Assembly: GCA_902614835.1 (NCBI GenBank)
Contig: CACMMU010000001.1
Location: 15,944 to 79,943 of the forward strand
Direction of reading: 5' to 3'
Source of the DNA: an uncultured Pelagibacteraceae bacterium
GTDB lineage: Bacteria > Pseudomonadota > Alphaproteobacteria > Pelagibacterales > Pelagibacteraceae
Length of the DNA: 64,000 nt
Both the position numbers and the translations under genes were made by a program. Positions 9,821 through 21,013 of the stretch are shown here, piece after piece. Under the pieces are notes generated by a model that was not told the DNA's origin, did not search any database, and saw nothing but the letters and a program-made list of their open reading frames with translations. Numbering within the stretch: position 1 is the first letter of the stretch; each line of letters opens with the position of its first letter.

Positions 9821-11992
9821 ATGCAAAATACATACCAAGAAAAAATAGATAATTTAGAGTCTAATAACGCTCCTGTTAAGAAAAAACTTGAGGGTGGAAT
9901 TAGGTTTAAAATAAAAAGTGATTTTCAACCTGCTGGAGATCAACCTGAGGCAATTAAGAAGATACTTAAAAATTTAAAGAATAAACAGAGCGAGCAAGTT
10001 CTGCTAGGCGTCACAGGATCTGGAAAAACCTTTACTATGGCTAAAGTAATAGAGGCTTCAAATAGACCCGCATTAGTTTTGGCACCAAATAAAACTTTGG
10101 CTGCTCAATTGTATGGGGAGATGAAAAGTTTTTTTCCCAGTAATGCTGTTGAGTATTTTGTATCTTATTATGATTATTATACTCCTGAAGCGTATGTTCC
10201 AAGGTCAGATACTTATATTGAAAAAGAAGCATCTATAAACGAGCAGATAGATAGGATGAGACATTCGGCAACGAGGTCTTTGCTTGAACGTGATGATGTA
10301 ATTATTGTGGCTAGTGTTTCTTGTATCTATGGGCTTGGTTCGGTTGAAGCCTACAGCAAGATGACATTGGCATTAAAAAAAAATTATGAATATGAAAGAG
10401 AAGAGATTATTAAAACATTTGTTAATTTACAGTATAAGAGAAACGATCAAAATTTTTTCCGGGGTACTTTTAGAGTAAGAGGAGAAAATTTGGAAATATT
10501 CCCCTCACACCTAGAAGATCGTGCTTGGAGACTAAGTTTAAATGGAAACAAACTTGAGAAGATTGAAGAGTTTGACCCTTTAACAGGAAACAAAACAAAC
10601 GACTTTGCAGTAATAAAACTATATGCTAACAGCCATTATATAACTCCAAAACCAACTATTGATCAAGCTATCAAAGAAATAAAAAAAGAATTAGAACTGA
10701 CTTTAGAAGACCACAAAGCAAATAATAAACTTCTAGAAGCTCAAAGGTTAAGAGAGAGAACTAAATTTGATCTTGAAATGATTGAAGCAACGGGAACATG
10801 TGCGGGAATTGAAAACTATTCAAGATTTTTATCTGGAAGAAACAAGGGTGAGCCTCCTCCTACTCTTTTTGAATATTTTCCAGACAATACTATTATATTC
10901 GTAGATGAAAGCCACGTTACTGTACCTCAATTAAATGGTATGTACAAAGGTGACCATACTAGAAAAAAAACTCTTGCTGAGTATGGTTTCAGACTACCTT
11001 CTTGCATGGATAACAGACCGCTAAAATTTGAGGAGTGGGATGCTATGAGAACTCAAACTGTTTTTGTATCTGCAACACCTGGTCCGTGGGAACTAAAGCA
11101 AACTCAAAATAAATATATAGATCAAGTTATAAGACCAACAGGTTTAATTGATCCTCCCGTTGAGATACGACCGGCAAAAACTCAAGTGGACGATTTATTT
11201 CATGAGTCTAAAAAAGTTATTGATAAAGGGTATAGAATTTTAGTTACTACACTAACAAAGAAAATGGCAGAAGATTTAACAGAATATCTTCACGAAAACG
11301 GTTTGAAAGTAAGATACATGCACTCAGACATAGATACACTTGAGAGAATTGAAATCATCAGAGATTTACGAATGGGTGTTTTTGATATTCTAGTTGGTAT
11401 CAATCTATTAAGAGAAGGATTAGATATACCGGAATGCGCTTTAGTTGCAATTTTAGATGCAGACAAAGAAGGTTTTTTAAGATCAGAAACTTCATTAATT
11501 CAAACTATTGGTAGGGCCGCAAGAAATGTAGATGGCAAAGTAATTCTTTATGCGGACAAAGTAACAAAAAGTATTGATAAAGCTATTAAAGAGACAGATA
11601 GAAGAAGGGGCAGACAAGTCGAATATAATAAAAAAAATAATATAAGCGCTGAGTCAGTTAAGAAGGAAATCACTGATATTTTGGAATCTGTTTATGAAAA
11701 AGATTATGTAAAAATTAGTGAAGGCTCAAATGTTGGTGGAAACTTAAAAAAACATTTAAAAGCACTTAATAAAAAAATGAAAGAGTCTGCATCGAATTTA
11801 GAGTTTGAAGAAGCAGCAAAAATTAGGGACGAAATAAGAAAATTAGAGGCAAATGAGCTTGAGATTAACTTGAATCCAAAAATTTCACAGTACAATTTAA
11901 ATAAAAAGGTATACCCTCAAGGAAGATCAAAAATGGGGATGCCAGGCACTAAACCAAGAAAATCTTTAAAAAAATGGAAGCCAAAAAAATAA
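9821..11992 (+). CDS. uvrB: excinuclease ABC subunit B
   Basis: 723 aa. Walker [13 protein letters not shown] box ([10 protein letters not shown]), helicase C-domain and C-terminal UVR domain ([16 protein letters not shown]) followed by a basic tail. Confidence 0.97.
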   Translation: MQNTYQEKIDNLESNNAPVKKKLEGGIRFKIKSDFQPAGDQPEAIKKILKNLKNKQSEQVLLGVTGSGKTFTMAKVIEASNRPALVLAPNKTLAAQLYGEMKSFFPSNAVEYFVSYYDYYTPEAYVPRSDTYIEKEASINEQIDRMRHSATRSLLERDDVIIVASVSCIYGLGSVEAYSKMTLALKKNYEYEREEIIKTFVNLQYKRNDQNFFRGTFRVRGENLEIFPSHLEDRAWRLSLNGNKLEKIEEFDPLTGNKTNDFAVIKLYANSHYITPKPTIDQAIKEIKKELELTLEDHKANNKLLEAQRLRERTKFDLEMIEATGTCAGIENYSRFLSGRNKGEPPPTLFEYFPDNTIIFVDESHVTVPQLNGMYKGDHTRKKTLAEYGFRLPSCMDNRPLKFEEWDAMRTQTVFVSATPGPWELKQTQNKYIDQVIRPTGLIDPPVEIRPAKTQVDDLFHESKKVIDKGYRILVTTLTKKMAEDLTEYLHENGLKVRYMHSDIDTLERIEIIRDLRMGVFDILVGINLLREGLDIPECALVAILDADKEGFLRSETSLIQTIGRAARNVDGKVILYADKVTKSIDKAIKETDRRRGRQVEYNKKNNISAESVKKEITDILESVYEKDYVKISEGSNVGGNLKKHLKALNKKMKESASNLEFEEAAKIRDEIRKLEANELEINLNPKISQYNLNKKVYPQGRSKMGMPGTKPRKSLKKWKPKK

Positions 11993-12729
11993 TTATAACT
12001 GGTGGTGCTACTAGAATTGGTTCGGCTATAGCAAAAAGTTTAGCTGGATACAACGTTGATATAGTGATCCATTTTAATAAATCAAAAAAATTAGCCCAAA
12101 AATTAAAGAAGGAACTGGAGGAAATCGGAAGCAAAGTTTACTTAATTAAAGTGGATCTAAGTAATATTAATCAAGTTAAAAAAATAGTGCCATTTGCTCA
12201 CAAAAAAATGAAAGGTTTGGACTGTCTAATTAATAATGCATCTTTATTTGAAAAAGATGATTTAGAAAATTTTAGTGATAAAAGTTTTTCAAAACATGTA
12301 GATATAAATTTAAAAGCTCCAGCATTTCTAATTAAGGATTTTAAAAGATATGTTAAAAATAAAGAGGCAAACGTTATAAATATTATTGATCAAAGAGTAA
12401 AAAAACTTACTCCTTTCTTTTTTTCATATACTTTGAGTAAAGCTGCACTTGCAACGCTCACAACTACTACTGCTATGAAACTTGCTCCTAATATAAGAGT
12501 AAATGGAATTTCGCCAGGTCCAACTTTAAAAAATAAGAGACAGTCAGAAAAACATTTTAAAGCTCAATGGAAGTCTACAATTCTTCAAAAGCAAGTTGAT
12601 TTAGATAATATATGTGCATCGGTTAAATATTTTATTGAAAATAATAGCATTACAGGTCAAATAATTAGTGTAGATAGCGGCCAAAGTTTAGCATGGAAAA
12701 CACCCGATATAATAAGCTCAAAAGAATGA
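11974..12729 (+). CDS. short-chain dehydrogenase/reductase, pteridine-reductase-like (next to folB)
   Basis: [12 protein letters not shown] cofactor motif and Y-x3-K (YTLSKAAL). Overlaps uvrB by 19 nt and folB by 4 nt. Context with folB suggests a folate/pterin role (inference). Confidence 0.7.
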   Translation: MEAKKIIITGGATRIGSAIAKSLAGYNVDIVIHFNKSKKLAQKLKKELEEIGSKVYLIKVDLSNINQVKKIVPFAHKKMKGLDCLINNASLFEKDDLENFSDKSFSKHVDINLKAPAFLIKDFKRYVKNKEANVINIIDQRVKKLTPFFFSYTLSKAALATLTTTTAMKLAPNIRVNGISPGPTLKNKRQSEKHFKAQWKSTILQKQVDLDNICASVKYFIENNSITGQIISVDSGQSLAWKTPDIISSKE

Positions 12730-13130
12730 AAATAATTAAATTTAAACAAAAAAGATCTTATAGTTATAAAAGAAAAATTCTAATAAAGGATCTGGTATTA
12801 AATATGCTTGTGGGAATTCACAATTTTGAAAAAAAGAAAAAACAAAGAGTGAGATTTAATTTAATTATAAATATTGATCAAAATCTTATTCCAAATGATA
12901 AAGATTTAAAAAGTATTGTTAACTATGAACAAATTATTAAAATTATTACAAAAATTACATCAAGAAAGCATTATTTACTTCTTGAAACTTTGGCAGAAAA
13001 AATATTCTTTAAACTTTTTGAAAACCCTAGAATAAAAAAAATTCTTTTAAGAATTGAAAAATTGGATATTATTAAAAATGCTACCTCAGTAGGAATTGAG
13101 TTAGAAAAGACTAGATCAAATGAGCATTGA
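12726..13130 (+). CDS. folB: dihydroneopterin aldolase
   Basis: FolB-like pattern ([20 protein letters not shown] ... VNYEQI ... [10 protein letters not shown] ... KILLRIEKL). ATG at 12726 (ATGA overlap with the SDR stop) is preferred to the track start at 12693. Confidence 0.72.
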   Translation: MKIIKFKQKRSYSYKRKILIKDLVLNMLVGIHNFEKKKKQRVRFNLIINIDQNLIPNDKDLKSIVNYEQIIKIITKITSRKHYLLLETLAEKIFFKLFENPRIKKILLRIEKLDIIKNATSVGIELEKTRSNEH

Positions 13131-14955
13131 AAAAGGTAAAGAAATAATTCGAAAAAAAATTTTAAATCTCACTAATAATCCTGGGGTTTATAGAATGTTA
13201 AGCGATAAAAATGAAATTCTTTATGTAGGTAAGGCTAAAAATATTCCAAATCGTTTGAAGAGCTATGTTTCGGACAGTCATTTACCAATAAGAACCGAAA
13301 GAATGCTTTCTCTGACTAGAAAACTGGAGACTACAACGACAACAAATGAGAGTGAAGCTCTATTATTAGAAGCAAATCTTATAAAAAAACATAAGCCAAG
13401 ATTTAACATTTTATTAAGAGACGATAAGTCTTTCCCATACATATTTATTGGTCAAAAAGATAAATGGCCACAATTAACCAAATTGAGGGGGAAAAAAAAT
13501 AGAGAAGGATACTATTTTGGACCATTTGCATCAGTAGGATCAGCAAACTGGACAATCAAAATTCTACAAAAAATATTTTTGTTAAGAGTTTGCGATGACA
13601 CAGTTTTTAAAAATAGAGATAGAGCGTGTATTCTGTATCAAATAAGAAGATGTTCTGCCCCATGCGTAGGAAAGATTGAAGAAGAAAATTATAAAGATTT
13701 AGTTGGTGATGCGGTAGATTTTATTTCTGGAAAATCACAGAGAATTCAAAAAAATTTATCTACGGAAATGGAAAAGGCTAGTGAAGATTTAGACTATGAA
13801 AAAGCTGCTATTCTAAGGGATAGAATAAAAGCATTAACACAAATCCAGTCTTCCCAAAAAATAAATCAAACGAACTTGAAAGAGGCAGATGTTGTATCTA
13901 TTTTTAAAGAGTCTGGCAAAACTTGTGTTCAAGTTTTCTTTTTTAGATCAAAACAAAATTGGGGTAACCAAGCGTATTTCCCTAAGCATGATCCTGATGA
14001 AAAGGAAGAAAAAATTTTGTCATCTTTTTTAGGTCAATTTTATGAAAATAAAACTTTGCCTAAACTTGTTCTTTTAAATATTGAGATTAATGAAAAAATT
14101 TTGTTAGAAAAAACATTTTCTTCTAGAGAAAAAAAAGAAATAATTATTAAAAAAGCCTCAACCAAAGATGAAAAAATTGTATCAAAAATGGCTGAAAAAA
14201 ATGCAAAACAATCTTTAACTCAAAAAATTTTAGAAACTGAGAGTAATTCTAAACTAATTGATAATCTTGCTGATAAATTTAATCTAAAATTTAATGTTAA
14301 TCTGATTGAGGTTTATGATAATAGCCATATTCAAGGATCGGACTCTGTAGGAGCTTTAATAGCATTTGGTAAAGATGGATTTTTAAAGAAAAGATACAGA
14401 AAATTTAATATTAAATCAGAAACAGTTAAAGGTGATGATTATGGTATGATGAAAGAGGTTTTGAGAAGAAGATTTTCAAGAGCACTTAAGGATGAAAGTT
14501 CAACAAAAGCAATGCCAGACCTAGTTTTAATTGACGGGGGAAAGGGTCAATATTCAGTAAGCCGAGAAATACTTAATGATCTTGGGCTACATGAACTTCC
14601 TATAATAGCTATTGCAAAAGGAAAAAATAGAAATGCAGGAGATGAGACCTTTTTTCATGATGGAAAATTATTTAAATTTAAAAAAAATGACCCTACCCTC
14701 TTTTTTTTACAAAGATTAAGGGATGAATCTCATAGATTTGCTGTCAGCACTCACAGAGCAAGAAGAAGCAAAAATTTGAGCAAATCTTTGTTGGATCAAA
14801 TTTCTGGTATAGGAAGAGGAAGAAAAAGAGCATTACTAAATCATTTTGGTTCTGCAAAATCGGTAGAAGTGGCTAGCTTTGAAGATTTAAAATCTGTAGA
14901 AGGTATTGAGGAAAAAGTTGCAAAAAAAATTCATGACTTTTTTCATGATAATTGA
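13120..14955 (+). CDS. uvrC: excinuclease ABC subunit C
   Basis: 611 aa. GIY-YIG nuclease N-domain ([29 protein letters not shown]), UVR domain ([15 protein letters not shown]) and C-terminal endonuclease/HhH region. Confidence 0.95.
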   Translation: MSIEKGKEIIRKKILNLTNNPGVYRMLSDKNEILYVGKAKNIPNRLKSYVSDSHLPIRTERMLSLTRKLETTTTTNESEALLLEANLIKKHKPRFNILLRDDKSFPYIFIGQKDKWPQLTKLRGKKNREGYYFGPFASVGSANWTIKILQKIFLLRVCDDTVFKNRDRACILYQIRRCSAPCVGKIEEENYKDLVGDAVDFISGKSQRIQKNLSTEMEKASEDLDYEKAAILRDRIKALTQIQSSQKINQTNLKEADVVSIFKESGKTCVQVFFFRSKQNWGNQAYFPKHDPDEKEEKILSSFLGQFYENKTLPKLVLLNIEINEKILLEKTFSSREKKEIIIKKASTKDEKIVSKMAEKNAKQSLTQKILETESNSKLIDNLADKFNLKFNVNLIEVYDNSHIQGSDSVGALIAFGKDGFLKKRYRKFNIKSETVKGDDYGMMKEVLRRRFSRALKDESSTKAMPDLVLIDGGKGQYSVSREILNDLGLHELPIIAIAKGKNRNAGDETFFHDGKLFKFKKNDPTLFFLQRLRDESHRFAVSTHRARRSKNLSKSLLDQISGIGRGRKRALLNHFGSAKSVEVASFEDLKSVEGIEEKVAKKIHDFFHDN

Positions 14956-14957
14956 AT

Positions 14958-15542
14958 ATGAAATTTAAAATACCAAATATCCTTACTATTGGAAGATTAA
15001 TAATTGTTCCTATTTTCGTAATTTCTTTTTTTATTCCAGGAATCGTTGGGGATCTAGTACCATTTTTTCTGTTTGTAATCGCAAGCTTTACAGATTACTT
15101 GGACGGATTTTTAGCAAGGTTATACAAGGAGGAGTCTAAATTAGGAGAGCTTTTAGACCCAATTGCGGATAAAATTTTGGTTGCATCTGCTTTAATTCTT
15201 CTTGTGATGAATGGTATAATTAAAAATTATGAAGTTATTGCAGCAATAATTATATTAACTAGAGAAATATTAATTTCGGGTCTTAGAGAATTTATGGCAA
15301 AAAAAGAAGTGAGTGTACCTGTGTCTAATCTAGCTAAATTTAAAACATTTATTCAAATGTTCTCGATAGCATTACTTTTAACTGGTGAAACAGGGAATAA
15401 AATTATTAATTTTCAAGATTACAATGCTCAAGTGATAGGAATTGTGCTTCTTTGGGTAGCTGCTATCCTTACATTGTATACTGGATATGATTATTTGGCT
15501 AAAGGAATAGATACTGCAATAAGTGATGATGAAAAAAATTAA
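14958..15542 (+). CDS. pgsA: CDP-diacylglycerol--glycerol-3-phosphate 3-phosphatidyltransferase
   Basis: CDP-alcohol phosphatidyltransferase motif D-G-x2-A-R ... G-x3-D-x3-D (DYLDGFLARL...GELLDPIADK). The track start at 14952 is a TTG; the ATG at 14958 is equally possible. Confidence 0.9.
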   Translation: MKFKIPNILTIGRLIIVPIFVISFFIPGIVGDLVPFFLFVIASFTDYLDGFLARLYKEESKLGELLDPIADKILVASALILLVMNGIIKNYEVIAAIIILTREILISGLREFMAKKEVSVPVSNLAKFKTFIQMFSIALLLTGETGNKIINFQDYNAQVIGIVLLWVAAILTLYTGYDYLAKGIDTAISDDEKN

Positions 15543-16426
15543 GCAGCAGCTTTTTTTCTAACCATTTCTTGATAACTTTTTGACAAATCTTTTATTAAAT
15601 CACAGACTTCAAAGTTAAACTTATCTATTTGAGAAACGGGTGTAATTTCAGCTGCAGTTCCAGTTAAAAAACAACCTACGAAATCTGACATTTCATCTAT
15701 TTTTACTTTTCTTTCAATAATTTTTATACCTTTTGATTTTGCAATATCTATTACGCATCTTCTTGTTATGCCATCTAAAAAGGAATCGGGAATTGGCGTG
15801 TGCAAAGAACCTTCCTTATCTTTAAAAAAAATATTTGCTCCTGTTGCCTCAGCTATATTTCCTTCATGATCGAGCATTAAAGAATCAGTAAAGCCTTTGC
15901 TTTCAGCCTCGTGTTTAGACAGAGTACAAATCATATACAAACCAGCCGCCTTTGTATCCCATGGAACAGAGTCGGGCGCCGGTCTTCTCCAGGAAGAAAT
16001 ATTTAGTTTAATTCCTTTAAGTTTTAATTTTGGATCAAAATATGATCCCCATTCCCAAGTTGCGATAGCAACGTGGATTTTATTTTTTTGTGCAGATATT
16101 GCCATCATTTCGCTTCCTCTCCAAACGACAGGTCTTACATATCCATTTGTAACTTTTTGAACTGCAATGATTTCTTTGCTTGCTTTATTAATTTCATTCT
16201 CTGAGTAGGGTATATTAATACCCATTCTATTTGCAGAGTGAAAAAGTCTATTTGTATGCTCCTCTAGTTTAAAAATCTCTCCATCATAAACTCTCTCTCC
16301 TTCAAACACACAGCTCGCATAATGCAAACCATGATTAAGAATATGAACATTTGCTTTTGCCCAATCTACAAGCTTACCATTGAACCAAATTTTTCCTGAT
16401 CTTTTGTCGTAAGGAATTGTTTCCAT
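15539..16426 (-). CDS. ilvE: branched-chain amino acid aminotransferase
   Basis: Fold-type IV PLP enzyme pattern (NGKLVDW..ANVHILNHGLHYASCVFEGERVY ... YVRPVVWRG ... GTAAEITPV). Start at METIPYDK (16426) is preferred to the track start at 16495. Confidence 0.92.
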   Translation of the reverse strand: METIPYDKRSGKIWFNGKLVDWAKANVHILNHGLHYASCVFEGERVYDGEIFKLEEHTNRLFHSANRMGINIPYSENEINKASKEIIAVQKVTNGYVRPVVWRGSEMMAISAQKNKIHVAIATWEWGSYFDPKLKLKGIKLNISSWRRPAPDSVPWDTKAAGLYMICTLSKHEAESKGFTDSLMLDHEGNIAEATGANIFFKDKEGSLHTPIPDSFLDGITRRCVIDIAKSKGIKIIERKVKIDEMSDFVGCFLTGTAAEITPVSQIDKFNFEVCDLIKDLSKSYQEMVRKKAAA

Positions 16427-16498
16427 TAAATTAAATAATTTTTTGCTAACAAAAAAGTATATTTGTTGATAAAATATGTCAACATTTCTGACCAAAAT

Positions 16499-16942
16499 AT
16501 GAAAGATTTACTTTATTTAAAGGATGATCAAATTAAAGATTGTATACAATTGCTACTTTATGCCTATAGAGAAACATTCACAGATCCTGGAGAGGTTTTA
16601 AAAAAAAAATCTCTTGGACCGGCGCATTTTAGAGCTCTAAATTTAATTGAAAGCAACGAGGGCATAAGTGTGAGTGAATTGATTTATAAACTTAAAATAA
16701 AAAAACAAAGTCTAAATAGGGTGCTTAGAGATTTAAAACGTTTCAAAATGATCAAACAAATTAAAGATCAAGTTGATACAAGAAGAAAGCTTATTTATTT
16801 AGATTACGAAGGAAAAAAAATCTATGGTCAAGCATTTGAAAGTCAGAGAAAAAGAATATTTAATGCATTAAAAGACTCAGATCCTGGTTCGGTAATTAAA
16901 TTTAAAGAAGTTTTAAAAAAAATAATTAATGGAAAAAAATAA
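16499..16942 (+). CDS. MarR-family transcriptional regulator
   Basis: Winged-helix region (ISVSELIYKLKIKKQSLNRVLRDLKRFKMIKQIKDQVDTRRKLIYL). 14-nt overlap with the downstream response regulator. ATG at 16499 preferred. Confidence 0.72.
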   Translation: MKDLLYLKDDQIKDCIQLLLYAYRETFTDPGEVLKKKSLGPAHFRALNLIESNEGISVSELIYKLKIKKQSLNRVLRDLKRFKMIKQIKDQVDTRRKLIYLDYEGKKIYGQAFESQRKRIFNALKDSDPGSVIKFKEVLKKIINGKK

Positions 16943-17600
16943 ATATCATATTTTAGTTGTTGATGATGACAATAAGATTAGGAGCTTGGTTAAACAATTT
17001 TTAATAGAAAAAGGATATATAGTATCTACAGCAATGGACGCGGAAGAAGCAAAGATAAGAATTGAAACTTTTAATTTTAGTATAATTATTTTAGATGTGA
17101 TGATGCCAGGTCAGAGTGGATACGAACTAACAAAAGAACTTAAAGAGTCAAAAAATATACCTATTATTCTTTTGACCGCAAAAGGAGAGGTGGAAAATAG
17201 AATTCATGGGTTGGAACTGGGAGCTGATGACTATCTTGGAAAACCCTTTGAACCAAAAGAGCTTTTATTAAGAATAAATAATATTATTAAAAATAAAGTA
17301 AATTTACCTCTGTCTACAAAAATAGGAGAGGCTGAAGTAGATTTAAGTAAAATGACAATAAAGCTAAAAGAAAAAATTGAAAAGATTAATACTTCAGAAA
17401 AAAATGTTCTGACAAAAATGCTATCGTCACCAGGCAAAATATTTTCTCGTATTGAGATTGGAAAAATATCAAAAATATCTAAAGAAAGATCTATTGATGT
17501 GATGATAACAAGGTTAAGAAAAAAAATTGAAACTAATCCTAAAAACCCGAAGTTTTTACAAACAATAAGAGGATCTGGATATGTCCTTTGGATTAAATAA
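16929..17600 (+). CDS. OmpR-family two-component response regulator
   Basis: Receiver domain (ILVVDDD ... LDVMMPG ... LLTAKG) plus a winged-helix output domain (LQTIRGSGYVL). Confidence 0.9.
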   Translation: MEKNKYHILVVDDDNKIRSLVKQFLIEKGYIVSTAMDAEEAKIRIETFNFSIIILDVMMPGQSGYELTKELKESKNIPIILLTAKGEVENRIHGLELGADDYLGKPFEPKELLLRINNIIKNKVNLPLSTKIGEAEVDLSKMTIKLKEKIEKINTSEKNVLTKMLSSPGKIFSRIEIGKISKISKERSIDVMITRLRKKIETNPKNPKFLQTIRGSGYVLWIK

Positions 17601-18897
17601 GTTATTAAAAAAAATACTCCCTAGAAAACTTTTCTATAGAGCATTAATAATAGTGGCCGCCCCCGTAATTATTTTACAGGTAACGATTTCAATAGTTTTT
17701 TTTGATAGCATTTGGATTAAAGCGAATAAAGGGATGACAAGATCCCTGGTAAGTGAAATAAAAACTTTATTTGATGTTTACCGTTCAGAGGACACTAGAA
17801 ATATACAATTTCTGACAAATTCTTATAAAAAAAATTTTGATTTTGTCATAAATATAAAGGATGAAGATTTACCTAAAACTAAATCAGATAGAAGATTTAG
17901 CCCGATGGATAGATCGCTTAGAAGAGAAATGAAACCAGTTTTTGGAAATAACTATTGGTTTGATACTGTAACCTACATTGATCTAGTTGATTTAAGAATA
18001 AAATCTGAAAATAAAATAATACAAATATTTTTCTCTAAAGATAAGATAGCTCCCTCATCAGTAAGAGTATTTGTACTTTGGTTAACTTTGCCGTCGGTCA
18101 TACTTATTTTAATTGCATTAGTATTTCTTAAAAATCAAACCAGACCAATTGTAAATTTATCGAAAGCTGCAAAAAAATTCGGTAAAGGTGAAAATATTGA
18201 AAATCTAAGACCTAGTGGAGCTTTGGAAATTCGAGAAGCCACATACGAATTTGATAGAATGATGAAAAGAATAAATAGGCATTTAACACAAAGATCTGAA
18301 ATGCTCTCAGGAATAAGTCATGATTTGAGGACACCTTTAACAAGATTAAAGTTACAATTAGCTTTGCTGGAAAAAAAAGATACCGCAAATAAAATGGCCG
18401 AAGATATCGATGAAATGGAAAGAATGCTTAATGATTATCTTCAATACGCTAAATCCCAAACAGAGGAAAAATCTGTTATTTTTAATCTTACAGATACAAT
18501 TAATAACTTGTTAAAAAAGTATAAATCTAACAAATACGAATTTTTCTCAAATGAAAGTTTAAAATTTAATGGCAGAGAGAATCTTATAAGAAGGTGTATT
18601 TTAAATATTTTGGAAAACGGTCTGACTTATGGAAACAAAATCTTCGTTGAAATTAAAAAATCTTTAAACAATATTGTCATAACTGTTGAAGATGATGGTC
18701 CGGGGATACCTAAAAATGAATATGTTAATGTTTTTAAACCATTTTATAGAATTGATAAAAGTAGAGGGCTTAATAAATCTGGTGTAGGTCTAGGCTTGTC
18801 AGTTGCCCAGGATATAGTTAAATCACATGGTGGAAGCATCTATCTGTCTGAAAGCAAGCACAAAGGCTTAAATGTTAAGATTTCTTTGCCTTTTTAG
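17581..18897 (+). CDS. EnvZ-like sensor histidine kinase
   Basis: Two TM segments flank a periplasmic domain. H-box SGISHDLRTPLTRL, N-box ILENGLTYG, G1 VEDDGPGIP and G2 GVGLGLSV. 20-nt overlap with the regulator. Confidence 0.9.
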   Translation: MSFGLNKLLKKILPRKLFYRALIIVAAPVIILQVTISIVFFDSIWIKANKGMTRSLVSEIKTLFDVYRSEDTRNIQFLTNSYKKNFDFVINIKDEDLPKTKSDRRFSPMDRSLRREMKPVFGNNYWFDTVTYIDLVDLRIKSENKIIQIFFSKDKIAPSSVRVFVLWLTLPSVILILIALVFLKNQTRPIVNLSKAAKKFGKGENIENLRPSGALEIREATYEFDRMMKRINRHLTQRSEMLSGISHDLRTPLTRLKLQLALLEKKDTANKMAEDIDEMERMLNDYLQYAKSQTEEKSVIFNLTDTINNLLKKYKSNKYEFFSNESLKFNGRENLIRRCILNILENGLTYGNKIFVEIKKSLNNIVITVEDDGPGIPKNEYVNVFKPFYRIDKSRGLNKSGVGLGLSVAQDIVKSHGGSIYLSESKHKGLNVKISLPF

Positions 18898-19117
18898 TTT
18901 TGTTTTTTTTTAATTTATTAATTTCAATTTGTTGTTTTTGCACTATTTTTTTAAGAATTTGAAATTCCTTTTTCTTAACCAAGTCTAATCTGTTTATTAA
19001 ATTTTCGCTTTGAAATTTTAACGATGTTGAAAGTTCTTTTCTTAAGTCTTGAGAAGTTAATATTCCGGCCTCAATAAAGCCAGAAATCATTTCTAAGATT
19101 TTTTTAGAATTGTTCAT
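18875..19117 (-). CDS. ubiK: UbiK/YqiC (BMFP) family accessory-factor-like coiled-coil protein
   Basis: 80 aa. Core LINRLDLVKKKEFQIL resembles the E. coli UbiK motif LTRLDLVSREEFDVQ (recalled from memory), followed by a coiled coil. Confidence 0.55.
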   Translation of the reverse strand: MNNSKKILEMISGFIEAGILTSQDLRKELSTSLKFQSENLINRLDLVKKKEFQILKKIVQKQQIEINKLKKNKTKKAKKS

Positions 19118-19170
19118 AATTTTACTTTAAATTATAAGTAATTTAATTTCAATTGTGGTAATTTAAAAAA

Positions 19171-19968
19171 ATGATAATTCATAATTTTGATCCTATTTTA
19201 ATCGATTTTGGAATTATTCAAATTCGCTGGTATTCACTTGCGTATATTTTCGGAATTTTGCTGGGTTGGTTATACGGCAAAAGCATATTGAAAAAACAGA
19301 TTGAAGATCAAAATCAAAAAAATTATTTAGAAAATTTTGATGACCTTATAGGATACATAATTATTGGTGTAATTGTTGGTGGAAGATTAGGATATGTTTT
19401 ATTCTATAATCCAATATTTTACTTTGAAAATATTTTAGAAATTTTTAAGCTATGGAATGGTGGAATGTCTTTCCATGGTGGCTTGGTTGGGGTTGTCGTT
19501 GCCATATACATTTTTTCAAAAATAAAAAATTTAAATTATATAATATATTTTGATACTATTTGTTGTGTAGCACCAATTGGAATTTTTTTAGGAAGAATTG
19601 CAAATTTTGTAAACAGTGAACTTTACGGAATACCTACTGATAAACCATGGGGAGTGATATTTCCAAAAGTAGACAACATTCTAAGGCACCCTTCCCAACT
19701 TTATGAAGCATTTCTAGAAGGTTTGGTTTTATTTATTATAATAAATACTTTGATAAGAAAAAAAATTTTATTTCATGGTGGTGTATCTTTCTTATTTTTA
19801 ATTATTTACGGTTTGTTTAGAATTATATCCGAACAGTTTAGAGAACCTGATGGACATATGGGTTATTTGCTGAGTGGTATAAGCATGGGTTCGGCATTGA
19901 GTATTATTATGGCAATTATTGGGACAATATTCTTATTAAAATTAATAATTAATGAAAAAAATAAATAA
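19171..19968 (+). CDS. lgt: prolipoprotein diacylglyceryl transferase
   Basis: Lgt signature (IRWYSLAYIFGIL ... GGRLGYVLFY ... WNGGMSFHGGLVG ... GRIANFVNSELYG). Confidence 0.93.
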   Translation: MIIHNFDPILIDFGIIQIRWYSLAYIFGILLGWLYGKSILKKQIEDQNQKNYLENFDDLIGYIIIGVIVGGRLGYVLFYNPIFYFENILEIFKLWNGGMSFHGGLVGVVVAIYIFSKIKNLNYIIYFDTICCVAPIGIFLGRIANFVNSELYGIPTDKPWGVIFPKVDNILRHPSQLYEAFLEGLVLFIIINTLIRKKILFHGGVSFLFLIIYGLFRIISEQFREPDGHMGYLLSGISMGSALSIIMAIIGTIFLLKLIINEKNK

Positions 19969-21013
19969 AATTCTTTCAAACAAAAGTAAGATAACTATGG
20001 ATAATTACATGGACATAGTTCTTTACGATAAAAAATTTGGTTATTATCAAAAAAAGAATCCTTTTGGAATTAAAGGTGACTTTGTTACAGCCCCAAATAT
20101 TTCAAATCTATTTTGCGAAATGATTGCTATATGGTTGGTAAGTTTTTGGGAAAATTTGAAAAAACCCAACAATTTTTATTTTGTCGAACTTGGACCTGGT
20201 AATGGAGATTTTTGTTTGGTACTTTTAAAATCCCTGAAAAATTTTCCCGAAGCTTTTAAAGCAATTAATATAATGCTTTATGAAAAAAGTAATAGATTAA
20301 AAAAAATCCAAAAAAAAAGAATTGTTTCAAAAAAAGTTTCTTGGATTAAAAACTTTAAAGATATAAAAAAAGGACCTGTGATCTTTTTTGGTAATGAATT
20401 TTTAGACGCTCTACCAATTAAACAATTTAAGATAATAAATAGTAATATTTTTGAAAGATATGCTTCATTAAAAAAAAATAAAGTAAATTTTTTTTATGAA
20501 AAAGCCCAAAAAAAGCATGTAAACAAGCTTAAAAATTATAAACTTTTAAAAAATAATGGAGTTATAGAATATCCTGAGCATGGTTTTAGAGAATTAGAAG
20601 GTGTTTGTAAGAAAATAGAAAAACTTAATGGTGGTGCCCTATTTATAGACTATGGTTATGTAATTCAAAAAAATCAGGACACTTTACAATCTATAATGAA
20701 TCATAAATTTAATAATTTGGGAGATAATATTGGTAAAGCCGATATTACATCTCTTATAAATTTTAGTTTATATAAAAGATATTTTAATTATAAAAATTTA
20801 TATGTTGAAAATATTTTAACTCAAAGTGAGTTTCTTCAAAAGATGGGGATCGTAGAACGTTTTAAAATTGTGAGCAAAAAAATGAATATATCTGATAAAT
20901 CAAATTTATATTCTAGATTAAAAAGATTAATTGATCCAAATATGATGGGGGAAAATTTTAAAGTTATATTTGCAAAAAATAAAAAGTGTAATTTTAGTTT
21001 AGCTTTTAAGTAA
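19952..21013 (+). CDS. class I SAM-dependent methyltransferase, DUF185/NDUFAF7 (MidA) family
   Basis: GDFVTAPNISNLFCEMIAIWL and ELGPGNGDF motifs. The lgt-DUF185-pgeF order is conserved in alphaproteobacteria (from memory). Confidence 0.8.
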   Translation: MKKINKILSNKSKITMDNYMDIVLYDKKFGYYQKKNPFGIKGDFVTAPNISNLFCEMIAIWLVSFWENLKKPNNFYFVELGPGNGDFCLVLLKSLKNFPEAFKAINIMLYEKSNRLKKIQKKRIVSKKVSWIKNFKDIKKGPVIFFGNEFLDALPIKQFKIINSNIFERYASLKKNKVNFFYEKAQKKHVNKLKNYKLLKNNGVIEYPEHGFRELEGVCKKIEKLNGGALFIDYGYVIQKNQDTLQSIMNHKFNNLGDNIGKADITSLINFSLYKRYFNYKNLYVENILTQSEFLQKMGIVERFKIVSKKMNISDKSNLYSRLKRLIDPNMMGENFKVIFAKNKKCNFSLAFK

